Below, piece by piece: positions 9,986 through 21,160 of a stretch of DNA of 64,000 nucleotides (its first letter is position 1; each line of letters begins with the position of its first letter). The DNA comes from Promethearchaeota archaeon (GTDB taxonomy: Archaea; Asgardarchaeota; Lokiarchaeia; Sigyniarchaeales; SOKP01), in assembly GCA_011364925.1 (NCBI GenBank), contig RDOA01000006.1, positions 52,161-116,160 of the forward strand, given 5' to 3'. Both the position numbers and the translations under genes were made by a program. The notes beneath the pieces were generated by a model, which was not told where the DNA came from, ran no database searches, and saw nothing but the letters and a program-made list of their open reading frames with translations.

Positions 9986-10069
9986 CGATTAAGTTTAATT
10001 AAGAAAGTTTTTTAGATATATTAAATACATCCTAGTTATATTTTACTGATTATTACAATTTAAACTTAG

Positions 10070-11179
10070 ATGTCGAGATTCAAATTAAAAAGTGTTTTAT
10101 TTATAGGGAATTATGATGAAGAATACTCCCGTAATGCGATTTTTATAAAAGGTTTAAGAAAAAACAAGATTATAGTTCATGAATTTAACATTAAATCTTA
10201 TAATATAATAAAGAATGGTTTAATCTGTCTAAAGAATTTCAAAAGATTGAATTCTATGAATTATGATTTAATCTTATTGCACGCACCTAACAACATTCAG
10301 GTTTTATTCGCGAAACTTCTCTCAAAAATTAAACAAATACCTCTAGTTCACGATATCTACATATCAAAACTCCAAACTTTTTATTATGATAGAGATTTGG
10401 TTGGTAAAACAAAAATGCCTAGGATATTTTATAAATTCTTTTATTATCTACAAGATTTTTTTGAATGTGCTATATCAGATCACATTATACTTGATACTTA
10501 TTCTCACATTCAATATTTTAATCATAAATATAATATTCGGTTGGTGAAGTTTAGCAGAGTCTTTATTGGTGCTCAAGAAGATAACTTTTTTCCAAGAAAA
10601 AAAACTACTATTCAAGACGACAAATTTTTAATAGGATTTTGGGGAACATTCATACCCTTACAAGGAATTAAATACATAATAGAAGCTGCTAAAATATTGG
10701 AGAATGATATTAAAGTACGATTTATCCTAATTGGAGATGGTCAAACATTCAAAATTTCAAAATTATTAGCAGAAAAGCTACAATTGAAGAATATCGTATT
10801 TAAGGGTTTCATACCATTAAGGGAGTTGCCAGAACACATTTCAAGCTTTGATATTGGTTTAGGTATTTTTGGAGATACTCCTAAAACAGTTCAAGTTATC
10901 CCAAATAAAGTTTTTGAGGGTAACGCAATGAAGCTGCCAATGATTTCTTGCGATAGTAGTGCAATTCGTGAACTGTTTACTCACGAAAAAGATATATTTT
11001 TATGTAAGCGAGCAAATTCGGAATCGATTGCGAACGCGATCTTAACAATGAAAAATAATGATGATTTAAGAGAAAAAATAAAGAAGAATGCTTATGATAT
11101 CTTTACTAAATTTTGTTCAATCAATGCATTAGCTTTTAGATTAATAGAAATACTAGAGAAGATCTTGAATCAATATTAG
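10070..11179 (+). CDS. Glycosyltransferase family 4
   Basis: FWGTFIPLQG, DIGLGIFG, PNKVFE GT-B motifs. Confidence 0.85.
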   Translation: MSRFKLKSVLFIGNYDEEYSRNAIFIKGLRKNKIIVHEFNIKSYNIIKNGLICLKNFKRLNSMNYDLILLHAPNNIQVLFAKLLSKIKQIPLVHDIYISKLQTFYYDRDLVGKTKMPRIFYKFFYYLQDFFECAISDHIILDTYSHIQYFNHKYNIRLVKFSRVFIGAQEDNFFPRKKTTIQDDKFLIGFWGTFIPLQGIKYIIEAAKILENDIKVRFILIGDGQTFKISKLLAEKLQLKNIVFKGFIPLRELPEHISSFDIGLGIFGDTPKTVQVIPNKVFEGNAMKLPMISCDSSAIRELFTHEKDIFLCKRANSESIANAILTMKNNDDLREKIKKNAYDIFTKFCSINALAFRLIEILEKILNQY

Positions 11180-11200
11180 TCTTAGCAATAATTTTATGGA

Positions 11201-11971
11201 CTATCTTTTTTTCTTTTTAATATAACCGATTCCTGCCCATTGCTGATCCCAATCTTCTACAATTTCTAAATACTCATAATCTTCTTTAATTTCGTTCCAT
11301 AATTTATTGACATTAACATCCTGATCGCCCGGATGAACAACAATATCATGAAAACCAACAATTCCTTGCTCGTTAAGTAAAGATTTATACATTTCGAAAT
11401 CCTTTTTAACTCCTCTATATGTATGATCACCATCAAGAAAGAGAAGATCGACTTTTTTATCTTTTAATAAGTTCTGGACCTTTTTTAGAGTGAACTTTGA
11501 ATGTGAATCAGCGCGAATTAAAAATATCTTCTGATTTTTGGAAACAAAGCTTTTATAGAGAGGAACTCTGTATTTAGGATACCCCCCACCAAATTTTGCC
11601 CTTGGTAAATCAATACTTATAATAATGGCATCATTTGTAGCAATTCTTGAAAGCAAGAATAATGTACCTCCTTTCATAGTGCCAATTTCTACAATAACAT
11701 GTAGTTTTTGTGGTTTTAGCAATTCTAGTAGTTGTATAATTTCTGATGTCTTTTGCTTTGGCTTAATCAATCCTTCGTATGTTTTATATGTAAAATCTAC
11801 TAAGCTTTTTATTGAATAATTTTTAGTTAAGCGCTTGATTTTATATCTCAGCATGTGAACATAAACAAATTTTTTGAATCTTTGAAAGAGGCTTGAGATT
11901 AGATATAGTATTCCTTCTCCTTCGATTATTTCTACTACTAGTTTTTTGAAATTATTTAAAAAAGTTCTCAT
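11201..11971 (-). CDS. Class I SAM-dependent methyltransferase (Methyltransf_24-like, probable glycan O-methyltransferase)
   Basis: VEIGT..GGT, SID, LFLDGDHTY, GFHDI. Confidence 0.85.
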   Translation of the reverse strand: MRTFLNNFKKLVVEIIEGEGILYLISSLFQRFKKFVYVHMLRYKIKRLTKNYSIKSLVDFTYKTYEGLIKPKQKTSEIIQLLELLKPQKLHVIVEIGTMKGGTLFLLSRIATNDAIIISIDLPRAKFGGGYPKYRVPLYKSFVSKNQKIFLIRADSHSKFTLKKVQNLLKDKKVDLLFLDGDHTYRGVKKDFEMYKSLLNEQGIVGFHDIVVHPGDQDVNVNKLWNEIKEDYEYLEIVEDWDQQWAGIGYIKKKKR

Positions 11972-12004
11972 TTTAAGCTAAAAAGCAGATTTTGTTTGAT
12001 TCTA

Positions 12005-13135
12005 TTATTTTAATAACCCTTTATTCTTCAATTCCTTTAATGCAAGTGAAGATTTATCTTCAATTTTACCTTCTTGAAGCCTTACCCATTGTATCAATTC
12101 CTTCATTCCATCATCGAAAGAATATTCAGGATTGAAACCTAATTTTGAAGAGATTTTAGAGATATCAGAAACACAATGACGGATATCACCTGGACGGAAT
12201 TGATTAGTTATTATTGGTTTAATTTGAGGATTTATATATTCAGCGAGTTTCTTAGCAACATTTAGTATACTGATTGGTTTACCCGCTCCCACATTAAATA
12301 TTTCGTTTTTTGCTAATGGTTTCTCCATTGATAATAGAAAGGATTGACAGATATCATTAATATGAATAAAATCTCTTGTTTGTTCTCCATCTTCAAAAAT
12401 AGTCGGAGGATTTCCACATAATAAACTACTTGAAAATATAGCACAAACTCCTGTGTAGGGATTAGATAATGACTGGCGACTTCCATAAACATTAAATAAT
12501 CTTAGGGCTGTTGTATTAATTCCATAGGTTTCTCCAACTAGTAGTGACATCTTTTCTTGTTCTTTTTTGGTTAATGCGTAAATTGACGTACAATCTTGAG
12601 GTTTATTTTCATCGGTAGGAATAGGTTTGGCTTTTTTTCCACATATAGGACAATTCATTTCCCAATCTCCTCTTTCTAGTTGAGGAGTCTTTCTAAGTTC
12701 AGGATTAACCTCTCCGCAATCTTCACAGAGATAAGCACCTTCACCATATGTAGACATAGAAGAGGCAACAATAACTTTTCTTACATCATTAGGTTTATTT
12801 ACCAATAAATCTAACAATCTAGCTGTTCCTAAAACATTAATATCAACGTACTTATCAATTTGATACATTGATTGCCCAACTCCGACCATAGCAGCCAAAT
12901 TCACAATTACTTCTATATCTTCTAAGCTTTTTAATAGCTCTTTTTGATTTCTTATATCGTCTTTGATAAATTTTATATTTTCTGAAAGATATGGAGGAGG
13001 GGTTGATATATTTCCATGAACTTGAGATTCCAATGAATCATAAACAGTTACAACATGATTTTTTTCAAGAAGTTTGTCAACGAGATGACTTCCAATAAAT
13101 CCTGCCCCGCCAATCACTAAAATCTCTTTTGACAT
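12005..13135 (-). CDS. NAD-dependent nucleotide-sugar epimerase/dehydratase with zinc-ribbon insertion
   Basis: GGAGFIG, SSMSTYG, CEDC...CPIC insert, YALTK, NPYTGV. Confidence 0.85.
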   Translation of the reverse strand: MSKEILVIGGAGFIGSHLVDKLLEKNHVVTVYDSLESQVHGNISTPPPYLSENIKFIKDDIRNQKELLKSLEDIEVIVNLAAMVGVGQSMYQIDKYVDINVLGTARLLDLLVNKPNDVRKVIVASSMSTYGEGAYLCEDCGEVNPELRKTPQLERGDWEMNCPICGKKAKPIPTDENKPQDCTSIYALTKKEQEKMSLLVGETYGINTTALRLFNVYGSRQSLSNPYTGVCAIFSSSLLCGNPPTIFEDGEQTRDFIHINDICQSFLLSMEKPLAKNEIFNVGAGKPISILNVAKKLAEYINPQIKPIITNQFRPGDIRHCVSDISKISSKLGFNPEYSFDDGMKELIQWVRLQEGKIEDKSSLALKELKNKGLLK

Positions 13136-13236
13136 TAGTTTCACTTGAAGAATTTTTAGTATAGAATGGGAAAAAAAATTTATTAAGCTAAATTAGTTTT
13201 TCGAAAATGGATTTACTCAACATTAATATTTAATGA

Positions 13237-14445
13237 CTATATTAGGTTTTTTCTCTTTTTATATTTCTTTCTAAAAAAAAATACTTCAAAAAATGCAACA
13301 ATTCGAATTAAAACATCTAAATAGGTATAGAAAATTAATTTTATAAAGAAGATAAATGACAAATTTACCTTTTGATCTTTATTAGCGGTCTTATTGTAGA
13401 AAATACATTTTCTAATTCGTGATAAATATTGAGATTCAAAAAAAATCAAGCCAAAAAGAAATAAATAGATATTTACTAATATCAAAAAAGGAGAAATTAG
13501 AATATAGATTGAAATTACTGATAATAAGATGAATTTTAAAATACTAAATTTCTTCTTAGCTCTAAGCATAGTGCTTAGAGAGTTATCAATCCAGCGAATA
13601 TTTTGCGTTATTGACTCTGTGACTTTTGATGGATAATTAAGAGTTTCAGCTCTCTTCTCTAATAATTGTCTAACCTTGAATTTTTTGGTTTTAAAAAGAT
13701 TGCCTATAGCTCTATTATCATCACCTAACATACCCTCTGGAATTTTTCTTCCAATCTCTTCTAATACCTTATTAGAAAAACACAGGTTTGCGCCAATAAC
13801 ATCCATTTCGTTAGGTCTAAATTTTTTTCTAAATGCAGTATTACGGTTTAAAAATAAATATTTCACCAAATCACTATTTAATAAGGAATAATGAGGAAAA
13901 AATCCACCAACTAAAACATCATATTGTAGATTTACGATGTAATATACCATTGAAATAACAATATCATCACTAAGGAGGGTACCAACATCAATTATATATA
14001 TTAAACCTTCTGAAACATAATCTAGTGCATCATTTATAGCAGCGTTCTTTCCTCTTCCCTTTTTCTGGCGAATTATTATGAAATTTGTATAGTTGTTAAA
14101 TGAGTCAGCAATATCTTCTGTTTCCTTTGACCCTCCCGCATTAACAATCACTTTAATTTTTGGATAAGAAAGATTTTTAATCGCTAGTAAACTACTTCTT
14201 AAAATTTCTCCCTCTTTCCAAGCAGGAACAATTATATTAACTGTGGGTGTCTGCTTTAAATCATTGAAAGTTATATCGATTCGTTTGATATTTTTTATAG
14301 GTTTGATGTAAGAGCGGTCTCTTATTGAGAGCAAAATAATATGTATGAAAATTACCAGTAATGCAACTATTATAATGAAAACATTAGAGAAAATCAAATC
14401 TAATGTTAAATCAATAATCGGAAGAAAGTTTTGTACGAAATTCAT
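13237..14445 (-). CDS. Membrane GT2 glycosyltransferase, synthase-like
   Basis: N-terminal TM, IVPAWKE, GKNAAIN, GDD, QNIRW (QxxRW), C-terminal TMs. The DxD motif is degenerate (DVG). Confidence 0.8.
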   Translation of the reverse strand: MNFVQNFLPIIDLTLDLIFSNVFIIIVALLVIFIHIILLSIRDRSYIKPIKNIKRIDITFNDLKQTPTVNIIVPAWKEGEILRSSLLAIKNLSYPKIKVIVNAGGSKETEDIADSFNNYTNFIIIRQKKGRGKNAAINDALDYVSEGLIYIIDVGTLLSDDIVISMVYYIVNLQYDVLVGGFFPHYSLLNSDLVKYLFLNRNTAFRKKFRPNEMDVIGANLCFSNKVLEEIGRKIPEGMLGDDNRAIGNLFKTKKFKVRQLLEKRAETLNYPSKVTESITQNIRWIDNSLSTMLRAKKKFSILKFILLSVISIYILISPFLILVNIYLFLFGLIFFESQYLSRIRKCIFYNKTANKDQKVNLSFIFFIKLIFYTYLDVLIRIVAFFEVFFFRKKYKKRKNLI

Positions 14446-14702
14446 GGAATTTTCCTTGAAATCTATTTTTATTGCTCAAAGTACACTAATCTTATTAATA
14501 ATTTTAATTTAATCAATTAGTATATTAATCCTATTAATCAGTAATTTTTTCTTGAAACAATAAATTGAACTACCAAGAAATATGTTAAAAAAATTGATGG
14601 AATCCATTTAGAAAGTGAAATTAATATAAAAAAGAGTTTTTAAATCATAAAAGATTGTTTAAAATTAATTGATAAATTCAAATAAGGAATTTGCGATATT
14701 TC

Positions 14703-15347
14703 ATGAAAGTTTTAGCTATAGGAGTTCATCCGGACGATGTAGAATTCGGCATGGGGGCAACTTTATCCAAACACATATCTCTTGGACATGAAGTACATGT
14801 AATAGTTTTAACGGATGGCGCAAGAGATGAATTAGGAAATTATACGAAGTCTAATGAGAGACGCCAAGAATCTATTAATGCTTTAAAGATTTTAGGTTAT
14901 GATAATGAAATTATATTCTTGAATTTACCAAAAGTTACCCGTGATCAATCAACAATTCGGATTTTAGAAGAAAAAATTGATCTCTATAAACCAGATCGTA
15001 TATATACTCACTCAAGAAATGATCGTCATCAAGATCATAGAAATTGTTGTTATGCGGTATTGAGTGCTGGAAGATATATTAATGAAATTCTATTATTTGA
15101 AGTTTATTCAGTTTTTCCAGAATTTGTTCCAAATTATATAATTAATATCTCGAAAGATTTGTTAGATTTGAAAATAAAGGCAAATTGTCAATTTAAAAGT
15201 CAATTTAAGATGGAATTAATTACAAAAATGCTTGAAGGATTGGCAATAAAAAATAGTTTTCAAAATTATGCACTTAAAACTGAAGAAATTCGATACTCAG
15301 AAGGTTTTGAGATTGCTAAAATTGTTAAAAACAACGATCAAGTCTAA
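14703..15347 (+). CDS. PIG-L/LmbE family N-deacetylase
   Basis: HPDDVE, RRQES, HQDH motifs. ATG at 14703 (MKVLAIG). Confidence 0.9.
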   Translation: MKVLAIGVHPDDVEFGMGATLSKHISLGHEVHVIVLTDGARDELGNYTKSNERRQESINALKILGYDNEIIFLNLPKVTRDQSTIRILEEKIDLYKPDRIYTHSRNDRHQDHRNCCYAVLSAGRYINEILLFEVYSVFPEFVPNYIINISKDLLDLKIKANCQFKSQFKMELITKMLEGLAIKNSFQNYALKTEEIRYSEGFEIAKIVKNNDQV

Positions 15348-15372
15348 TTTGGAGAATTAACAGTTTATAGAA

Positions 15373-16362
15373 ATGGTAGATTGGAAAATTAGGAATTTTT
15401 GTAAGGATGATATTGACCATTTTTTGGATTGGAGAAAACTAGTTGCTCGAAGAGTAAAAACTAAAGAATATTTTTATTGGGAATACTTTAACGGACCATG
15501 GGGGCCAGCTGACACAACTATCGCAGATCATAATGGTATGATAGTTGGTCAATATTCAACATTACCTTATGAAGTATACTACTTTGGCGAAAAGATGAAA
15601 GCATCATTGAGTTTTGACACTGGAACACATCCAGACTACAGAAGACAGGGTATATTTAAAACGATAGGGACCTATCATTTTGAAGAACAAGGAAAAAAAG
15701 GATATAATTTCTCTACTGGATTTCCAAATGAAAATTTTTGGCCAGGAGGAAAAAAATTCAATTGGCACGCTCTATGTCCTATTCCCTTATTAGAAAATAA
15801 CCTTGCTTCAGAATTAAAAACCATAAAGAATACTCAGTTTGAAATTATTGAGATTGAAAGATTTGGTAAAGAATTTGAAGGATTTAGTGATAACTATAAA
15901 GATACTATTCCCATATACTTAAATCGAACGATAAAATATTTAAATTGGAGATATGTTGAAAAACCAAGTTTAGAAAATCCACGACATAAATATAATTATC
16001 AAAAATATAAAATATCTGATAAAAAAGGAGAAATTATATCTTATATAGTTACTAAGCTATATACTGAAAAGAATCAATCATTCCTCCACTTAGTTGATTT
16101 TCTTGCACCTAATGAAAAACAAATCTACACAACAATTCTCAATTTCTTAGGAAATATTGCCAGGTCTCAATTTATTAATACTATTTCATTATTCTTAAAT
16201 CAATATCATCCATTTAGTCAATTTCTTAAGAGTTTTGGCTTTCAATATGTCGATACAAATCGAGTATATATTGTACGGTTAAATAATGATGCATTAGATA
16301 AGGATGTATTGGAGAATGAAAAGAATCATTTTTTCACAATGGGTGATTCTGATGTTATTTAA
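15373..16362 (+). CDS. GNAT family N-acyltransferase
   Basis: THPDYRRQGIF acetyl-CoA motif, GFPN, YLNWRY, C-terminal GDSD. Confidence 0.85.
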   Translation: MVDWKIRNFCKDDIDHFLDWRKLVARRVKTKEYFYWEYFNGPWGPADTTIADHNGMIVGQYSTLPYEVYYFGEKMKASLSFDTGTHPDYRRQGIFKTIGTYHFEEQGKKGYNFSTGFPNENFWPGGKKFNWHALCPIPLLENNLASELKTIKNTQFEIIEIERFGKEFEGFSDNYKDTIPIYLNRTIKYLNWRYVEKPSLENPRHKYNYQKYKISDKKGEIISYIVTKLYTEKNQSFLHLVDFLAPNEKQIYTTILNFLGNIARSQFINTISLFLNQYHPFSQFLKSFGFQYVDTNRVYIVRLNNDALDKDVLENEKNHFFTMGDSDVI

Positions 16363-16500
16363 GATTATACTCAATTTAATCAAATCTACAATCAAGCTAT
16401 TAATCCCAAATTATTGAATATTTTCATATATGCGTATAAGAACACATTTTTATAATTATCTAAAAATTTATTTTAAATCACTGTATTTAGATTTTAAATC

Positions 16501-18153
16501 ATGGAAGAAGAACAAAATAAAATTAATAAAGGTATAAATAAAGAATACAAAATACTTGCAAAAAATTCGATTTTCTCAATTATTAATACTTATAGTTCAT
16601 TCATTTTTTCAATAATAACTTCATATCTTATTGCGAGGTTAATCACCTCTAATATCTGGAGTTATTTAATTTTATCAACCTCATATATCACTATTTTTTC
16701 TTTGATTCTAACATTTTTACCACCAAGTTTAGATCAGACTTTCAATTATTACGTACCAAAATTTAGAGCTTTGAAGCAGTTTAATATGCTAAAATCATTT
16801 GTTCAACAATCTATTCTTCTAAGATTAATTTTTGTGTTAACAACTTTCGTTATAAGTATTGGTATTTTCATTTTTTTCTCAGATCTTTTTAAAATTAATT
16901 TAGGTATCTATTACCCTATCTTATTACTATTATCCCCCTTACTTATAATCGATGGATTAGGTAAAATCTTAATAGCTTTGGAGCGAGCATTCAATCTATT
17001 TAATGTGGCACTCTACTTAATGATTATTAGATATGTTTTGAATATTGGAGCCCTACTTTTTTTAACATTCTACATTAATACTATTCAACTAAGTTATATT
17101 GCTCTTACTAATTTATTCTCAAGTTTAGTCCCATTTTTAATAAATTGTATAATTATCTTTGTAATAATTAAATATAAACTTAAGAAGTCTGAAGAGGAGA
17201 GAATTTCATTTAAAACAACTTTTAAACATTTATATAGTTATGGATCTCATCTAAGCGTAAAGAGTATTATTGATGGATTAATTAAAGAATTATACGTACA
17301 AGTTATTCGTTTTTTTGAAACGCCTGACTTTGTTACAGGTTATAACATTGCTTACAATTACAAATCTGTATCTGGGCAAATTATTCAATCCATGCCAGAT
17401 CCTTTAACAATATCTTTATCCGAATTAGTAACAAAACAAAAATATGAGGAAACTAAGAAAGTTGTTAACACACTTTATGTTTTTTTAGTTTTTGTAATCT
17501 TATTTATAAGCGGTATTTTAATTCATTTAACGGATATTTTCCTATTTCTCGTTTATGGTATACCATATTTAAAATACTCACTATTAGTTAAATTATCGGT
17601 AATATCTATATTGTTCAATGTAATAAACATATTTTTTCAATCTTTATTAAGAGCTACAAATAAAGTTAAATTCGTAATTCCAAACTCATTATTAACCACA
17701 GCGATAACTTTTTCTCTTTATTTAATGGGGTTAGTTTTTTTTAATATTAACGCTGCTGTATTGGGGATATTCATTGGAAGTGTTATTAACTTCTTTATTT
17801 TAGTATATTTCACTTTTAAACTCTTGAAAATAAAAATCAATCTTAAAAAAATTCTACCTCAATATTTAATATTCTTTATTTCTATAGGGATTTCTGTACT
17901 ATTAGACATAATTATATTAGGAGATGTCAATGCATTTATTCTTGGAGTAGTTCATTTATCTTATTTCAAAAATTTTGACTTTTTGGCTCTATTAGTATTT
18001 CTAGTCCTGTATTTATTACTAAATATCGTATTGAAAATTTTCACTGTTACCGATGTCGAAATGGTTGAAGCATTTTTCACCAAGAAAACCTTTACTAACA
18101 AAATAATTTTAAAAGGCACAAAATTATTAAAAAAGTTCATTAAAAAAAATTAA
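16501..18153 (+). CDS. Oligosaccharide flippase (MOP/Wzx-like)
   Basis: Many TM helices, LAKNS...IARL start, paralog of 37351..39009. Confidence 0.8.
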   Translation: MEEEQNKINKGINKEYKILAKNSIFSIINTYSSFIFSIITSYLIARLITSNIWSYLILSTSYITIFSLILTFLPPSLDQTFNYYVPKFRALKQFNMLKSFVQQSILLRLIFVLTTFVISIGIFIFFSDLFKINLGIYYPILLLLSPLLIIDGLGKILIALERAFNLFNVALYLMIIRYVLNIGALLFLTFYINTIQLSYIALTNLFSSLVPFLINCIIIFVIIKYKLKKSEEERISFKTTFKHLYSYGSHLSVKSIIDGLIKELYVQVIRFFETPDFVTGYNIAYNYKSVSGQIIQSMPDPLTISLSELVTKQKYEETKKVVNTLYVFLVFVILFISGILIHLTDIFLFLVYGIPYLKYSLLVKLSVISILFNVINIFFQSLLRATNKVKFVIPNSLLTTAITFSLYLMGLVFFNINAAVLGIFIGSVINFFILVYFTFKLLKIKINLKKILPQYLIFFISIGISVLLDIIILGDVNAFILGVVHLSYFKNFDFLALLVFLVLYLLLNIVLKIFTVTDVEMVEAFFTKKTFTNKIILKGTKLLKKFIKKN

Positions 18154-18244
18154 GTAAAAATATGAGACTAAAAGAAAAGAAAATTCTCAAAATTTTCAAA
18201 TGCAATACAATATAGCGTCTTGAAATTTAAATGGAAAAAGAAAA

Positions 18245-18997
18245 ATGGTTATCGATAATACAGCAATTATAATACAGGCAAGAATGGAATCAACGAGATT
18301 AAGAGGAAAAGTTCTAAAAAACATCTATCGAAATAAAACAATTTTAGATTTGCTTATAGAACACTTAAAAATATTAGATCAGAGGATAATTATTGCTACA
18401 ACCACGAATAAATCAGACGTTAAAATTATCGAAACTGCAAAAAAACATGATTTAGAATGGTTTCGAGGAGATGAACAAAATGTTTTAAAAAGGTATATTG
18501 ATTGTGCAACTGAATACGACATTTCAAAAATAGTTAGAATAACATCTGATAATATTTTTGTTCAACCAGCATTAATAAAACCTTTAATTGATAATAAGAA
18601 TCAAACATTAGATTATATTTCGTATAAAATTGGAGATATAAACGTTGTATTAGCGCACTGGGGTCTGTTTGGTGAATTTGTCACTTTAAGTGCTCTAAAA
18701 AAAGTCCAAATTTCTTCAAAAGCAAAAATGGATTTAGAACACGTAACTTACTATATTTATAATCATGAAGGTGAATTTACCTACGAATATTGGGATGTTC
18801 CTCAAGAATTGAATAGATTAGACATTAGATTGACTATTGATACATTAGAAGATTTTAATATTTGTAAAGAAATTGTAAATTATTTACAGAAAAATAACTT
18901 AGATTGGCATTATAATAATATTTTAGAATACATTGATAGCAACCTAGCTTTAAGGAATAAAATAAAAAGAAATATAGAACGGATTAGAAAGATTTAA
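18245..18997 (+). CDS. spsF: Nonulosonate cytidylyltransferase (SpsF-like)
   Basis: IIQARMESTRLRGKVL, FRGDEQNVLKRY, RITSD, EHVT, RLTIDT.ED. Confidence 0.85.
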   Translation: MVIDNTAIIIQARMESTRLRGKVLKNIYRNKTILDLLIEHLKILDQRIIIATTTNKSDVKIIETAKKHDLEWFRGDEQNVLKRYIDCATEYDISKIVRITSDNIFVQPALIKPLIDNKNQTLDYISYKIGDINVVLAHWGLFGEFVTLSALKKVQISSKAKMDLEHVTYYIYNHEGEFTYEYWDVPQELNRLDIRLTIDTLEDFNICKEIVNYLQKNNLDWHYNNILEYIDSNLALRNKIKRNIERIRKI

Positions 18998-19008
18998 TTG
19001 TTGGTTTA

Positions 19009-20031
19009 ATGTTGCAAAAATTGAAAATATTAATTCGTGTTGATGGATACAACGAAATAGGTTTAGGTCACATTTATAGATCCATTACTTTAGCTAATAG
19101 ATTGAATGAACATGACATACTTTTTGTCTCTATAGAAGAGTATAAATTGGGCATTAAATTAATCGAAAAAAATAATTTTGATTTAAAGACTATCAAAAAT
19201 GATAAAGAATTATTTAATATTATCACAGAATTCAAGCCTACGATAATTATCAATGACATTTTAGACACTAAAAAAAAATACATAGAGGATTTAAAAAAAC
19301 TGAAGCTCTTTGTAGTTAATTTTGAAGATCTTGGAGATGGATCCAAATTAGCAGATTTATTAATAAATGCTCTCTATGAAGAAAGGAGGTCTAAAACAAC
19401 TCACTATTGGGGTAAGGATTACTACATATTGAGAGAAGAGTTTCTTAAGATAGAACACAAATATATCCAAAAAGATATTAAAAATATTTTAATAACTTAT
19501 GGGGGAACTGACCCTAATAACTATACTAAACGAATTTTAAACATTCTTAATGAATTGAAATTAAATAAAGTTAAAATAAATGTAATTCTTGGATTAGGAT
19601 ACAAAGATCCGCATGAATTAATTGATGTTGTAAAAAATCTAGATCTAGATGTTACCATAAAGCAAAATATTAAAAATATAAGTACGTATATGAGTGAAGC
19701 TGACATTGCTTTTACTTCCGCGGGAAGGACGGTTTACGAACTAGCTTCCATAGGCATACCAACAATCGTTTTAGCTCAAAATAAAAGAGAGAATTTGCAT
19801 GTTTTTGCAAAAAAAAGTAATGGTTTTATAAATTTAGGTTTGGGTTATAATTGTTCTGATCAAAATATTAAAGAAACGCTACTTAGGTTGATTAACGATT
19901 TCGAATTGAGAAAGAAATTCAATTATTTGATGTTAAAAAATGATTTAAAGTCTGGTGTAAATAATGTTCTTAACGCAATTTTAACAAATTACAAAAATTA
20001 CAAAAATAGTGAAGTAAATGAAAAAATTTGA
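19009..20031 (+). CDS. NDP-sugar hydrolase, PseG/SpsG family
   Basis: RVDG...IGLGH..R, YGGTDP, SAGRTVYE, QN..E. Lies between spsF and neuB. Confidence 0.85.
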   Translation: MLQKLKILIRVDGYNEIGLGHIYRSITLANRLNEHDILFVSIEEYKLGIKLIEKNNFDLKTIKNDKELFNIITEFKPTIIINDILDTKKKYIEDLKKLKLFVVNFEDLGDGSKLADLLINALYEERRSKTTHYWGKDYYILREEFLKIEHKYIQKDIKNILITYGGTDPNNYTKRILNILNELKLNKVKINVILGLGYKDPHELIDVVKNLDLDVTIKQNIKNISTYMSEADIAFTSAGRTVYELASIGIPTIVLAQNKRENLHVFAKKSNGFINLGLGYNCSDQNIKETLLRLINDFELRKKFNYLMLKNDLKSGVNNVLNAILTNYKNYKNSEVNEKI

Positions 20032-21094
20032 AGACATAATTGAAAAGGATGATGTTTTAATCATAGCTGAATTAGGAGTAAACTATTATGATATAGCAAT
20101 TCAAAAAGACATATCTCCAATGGAAGCTGCAAAATTAATGATTGATGAAGCAAAAAAAAATGGAGCTGATGCTGTAAAATTTCAGTCATATAAAGCAGAA
20201 GATTTAGCCTCAAAAAATGCTGCTGCTTATTGGGATTTAGAAAAGGAGCCATCTACATCGCAACTAGAACTATTTAAGAAGTTTGATAAATTTGGAAAAG
20301 AAGAATACATAGAAATATTTGAATATTGTAAATTTAAAAATATTATATTTTTATCAACTCCTTTCGATTATAAAGCTGTAGATTATTTAAACGATTTAGT
20401 TCCGGTATTTAAAATATCCTCATCGGATATAACTAATATTCCGTTTATCAGATATATCTCTAGTAAAGGTAAACCAATTATTTTGTCTACTGGAGCTGCA
20501 ACGCTTAATGAAATTGAAGAAGCTGTGAGAGCAATAAGATCTATTGGAGATAACCAAATCTACTTCATGCATTGCATCCTAGATTACCCTACTAAATATA
20601 AAGATATTAATCTCAACATGATAAAAACATTAAGAAAATTATTTCCAGATAATATAATCGGTTTTTCAGATCATACCAGACCAGATGAATTCATGTTAGT
20701 ACCTGTAATCGCCTTCGCTTATGGAGCAAGAATTATTGAAAAACATTTCACACTTGATAAAACTATAGTTGGTAATGATCACTACCATGCTATGGACCAA
20801 AACGATTTAAAAAAATTAAGAGAAAATATAAGTTTCGTTAAGTTGATAAGTGGACAATTTGAAATAGAACCTTTAGAATGTGAAAAAATTTCAAGACAGC
20901 AGGCAAGACGAAGCCTTGTAGCGGCTATTGACATATCGAAGGGAGAAATTATAACTCTAGATATGCTAACTTTTAAAAGACCAGGAATTGGAATATCACC
21001 AGCAATGATAGATTCTGTTATTGGTGGAATAGCTTTAGTGGATATAAAAGAAGATGATATACTTACTAGTGAAAAAATTAAATTTAAGGAATAG
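20018..21094 (+). CDS. neuB: Nonulosonic acid synthase (NeuB/SpsE/PseI family)
   Basis: IIAELGVN, AVKFQ, STPFD, KISS, HC..DYP, SDHT, EKHFT, C-terminal SAF domain (RRSL...KRPG.GI). Confidence 0.9.
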   Translation: MKKFEDIIEKDDVLIIAELGVNYYDIAIQKDISPMEAAKLMIDEAKKNGADAVKFQSYKAEDLASKNAAAYWDLEKEPSTSQLELFKKFDKFGKEEYIEIFEYCKFKNIIFLSTPFDYKAVDYLNDLVPVFKISSSDITNIPFIRYISSKGKPIILSTGAATLNEIEEAVRAIRSIGDNQIYFMHCILDYPTKYKDINLNMIKTLRKLFPDNIIGFSDHTRPDEFMLVPVIAFAYGARIIEKHFTLDKTIVGNDHYHAMDQNDLKKLRENISFVKLISGQFEIEPLECEKISRQQARRSLVAAIDISKGEIITLDMLTFKRPGIGISPAMIDSVIGGIALVDIKEDDILTSEKIKFKE

Positions 21095-21160
21095 AAAATT
21101 TTAATCATGATTGCTTAAGAGTAAATGCTATAAGATTGCTTTACAGATGGTCAAATCTGA

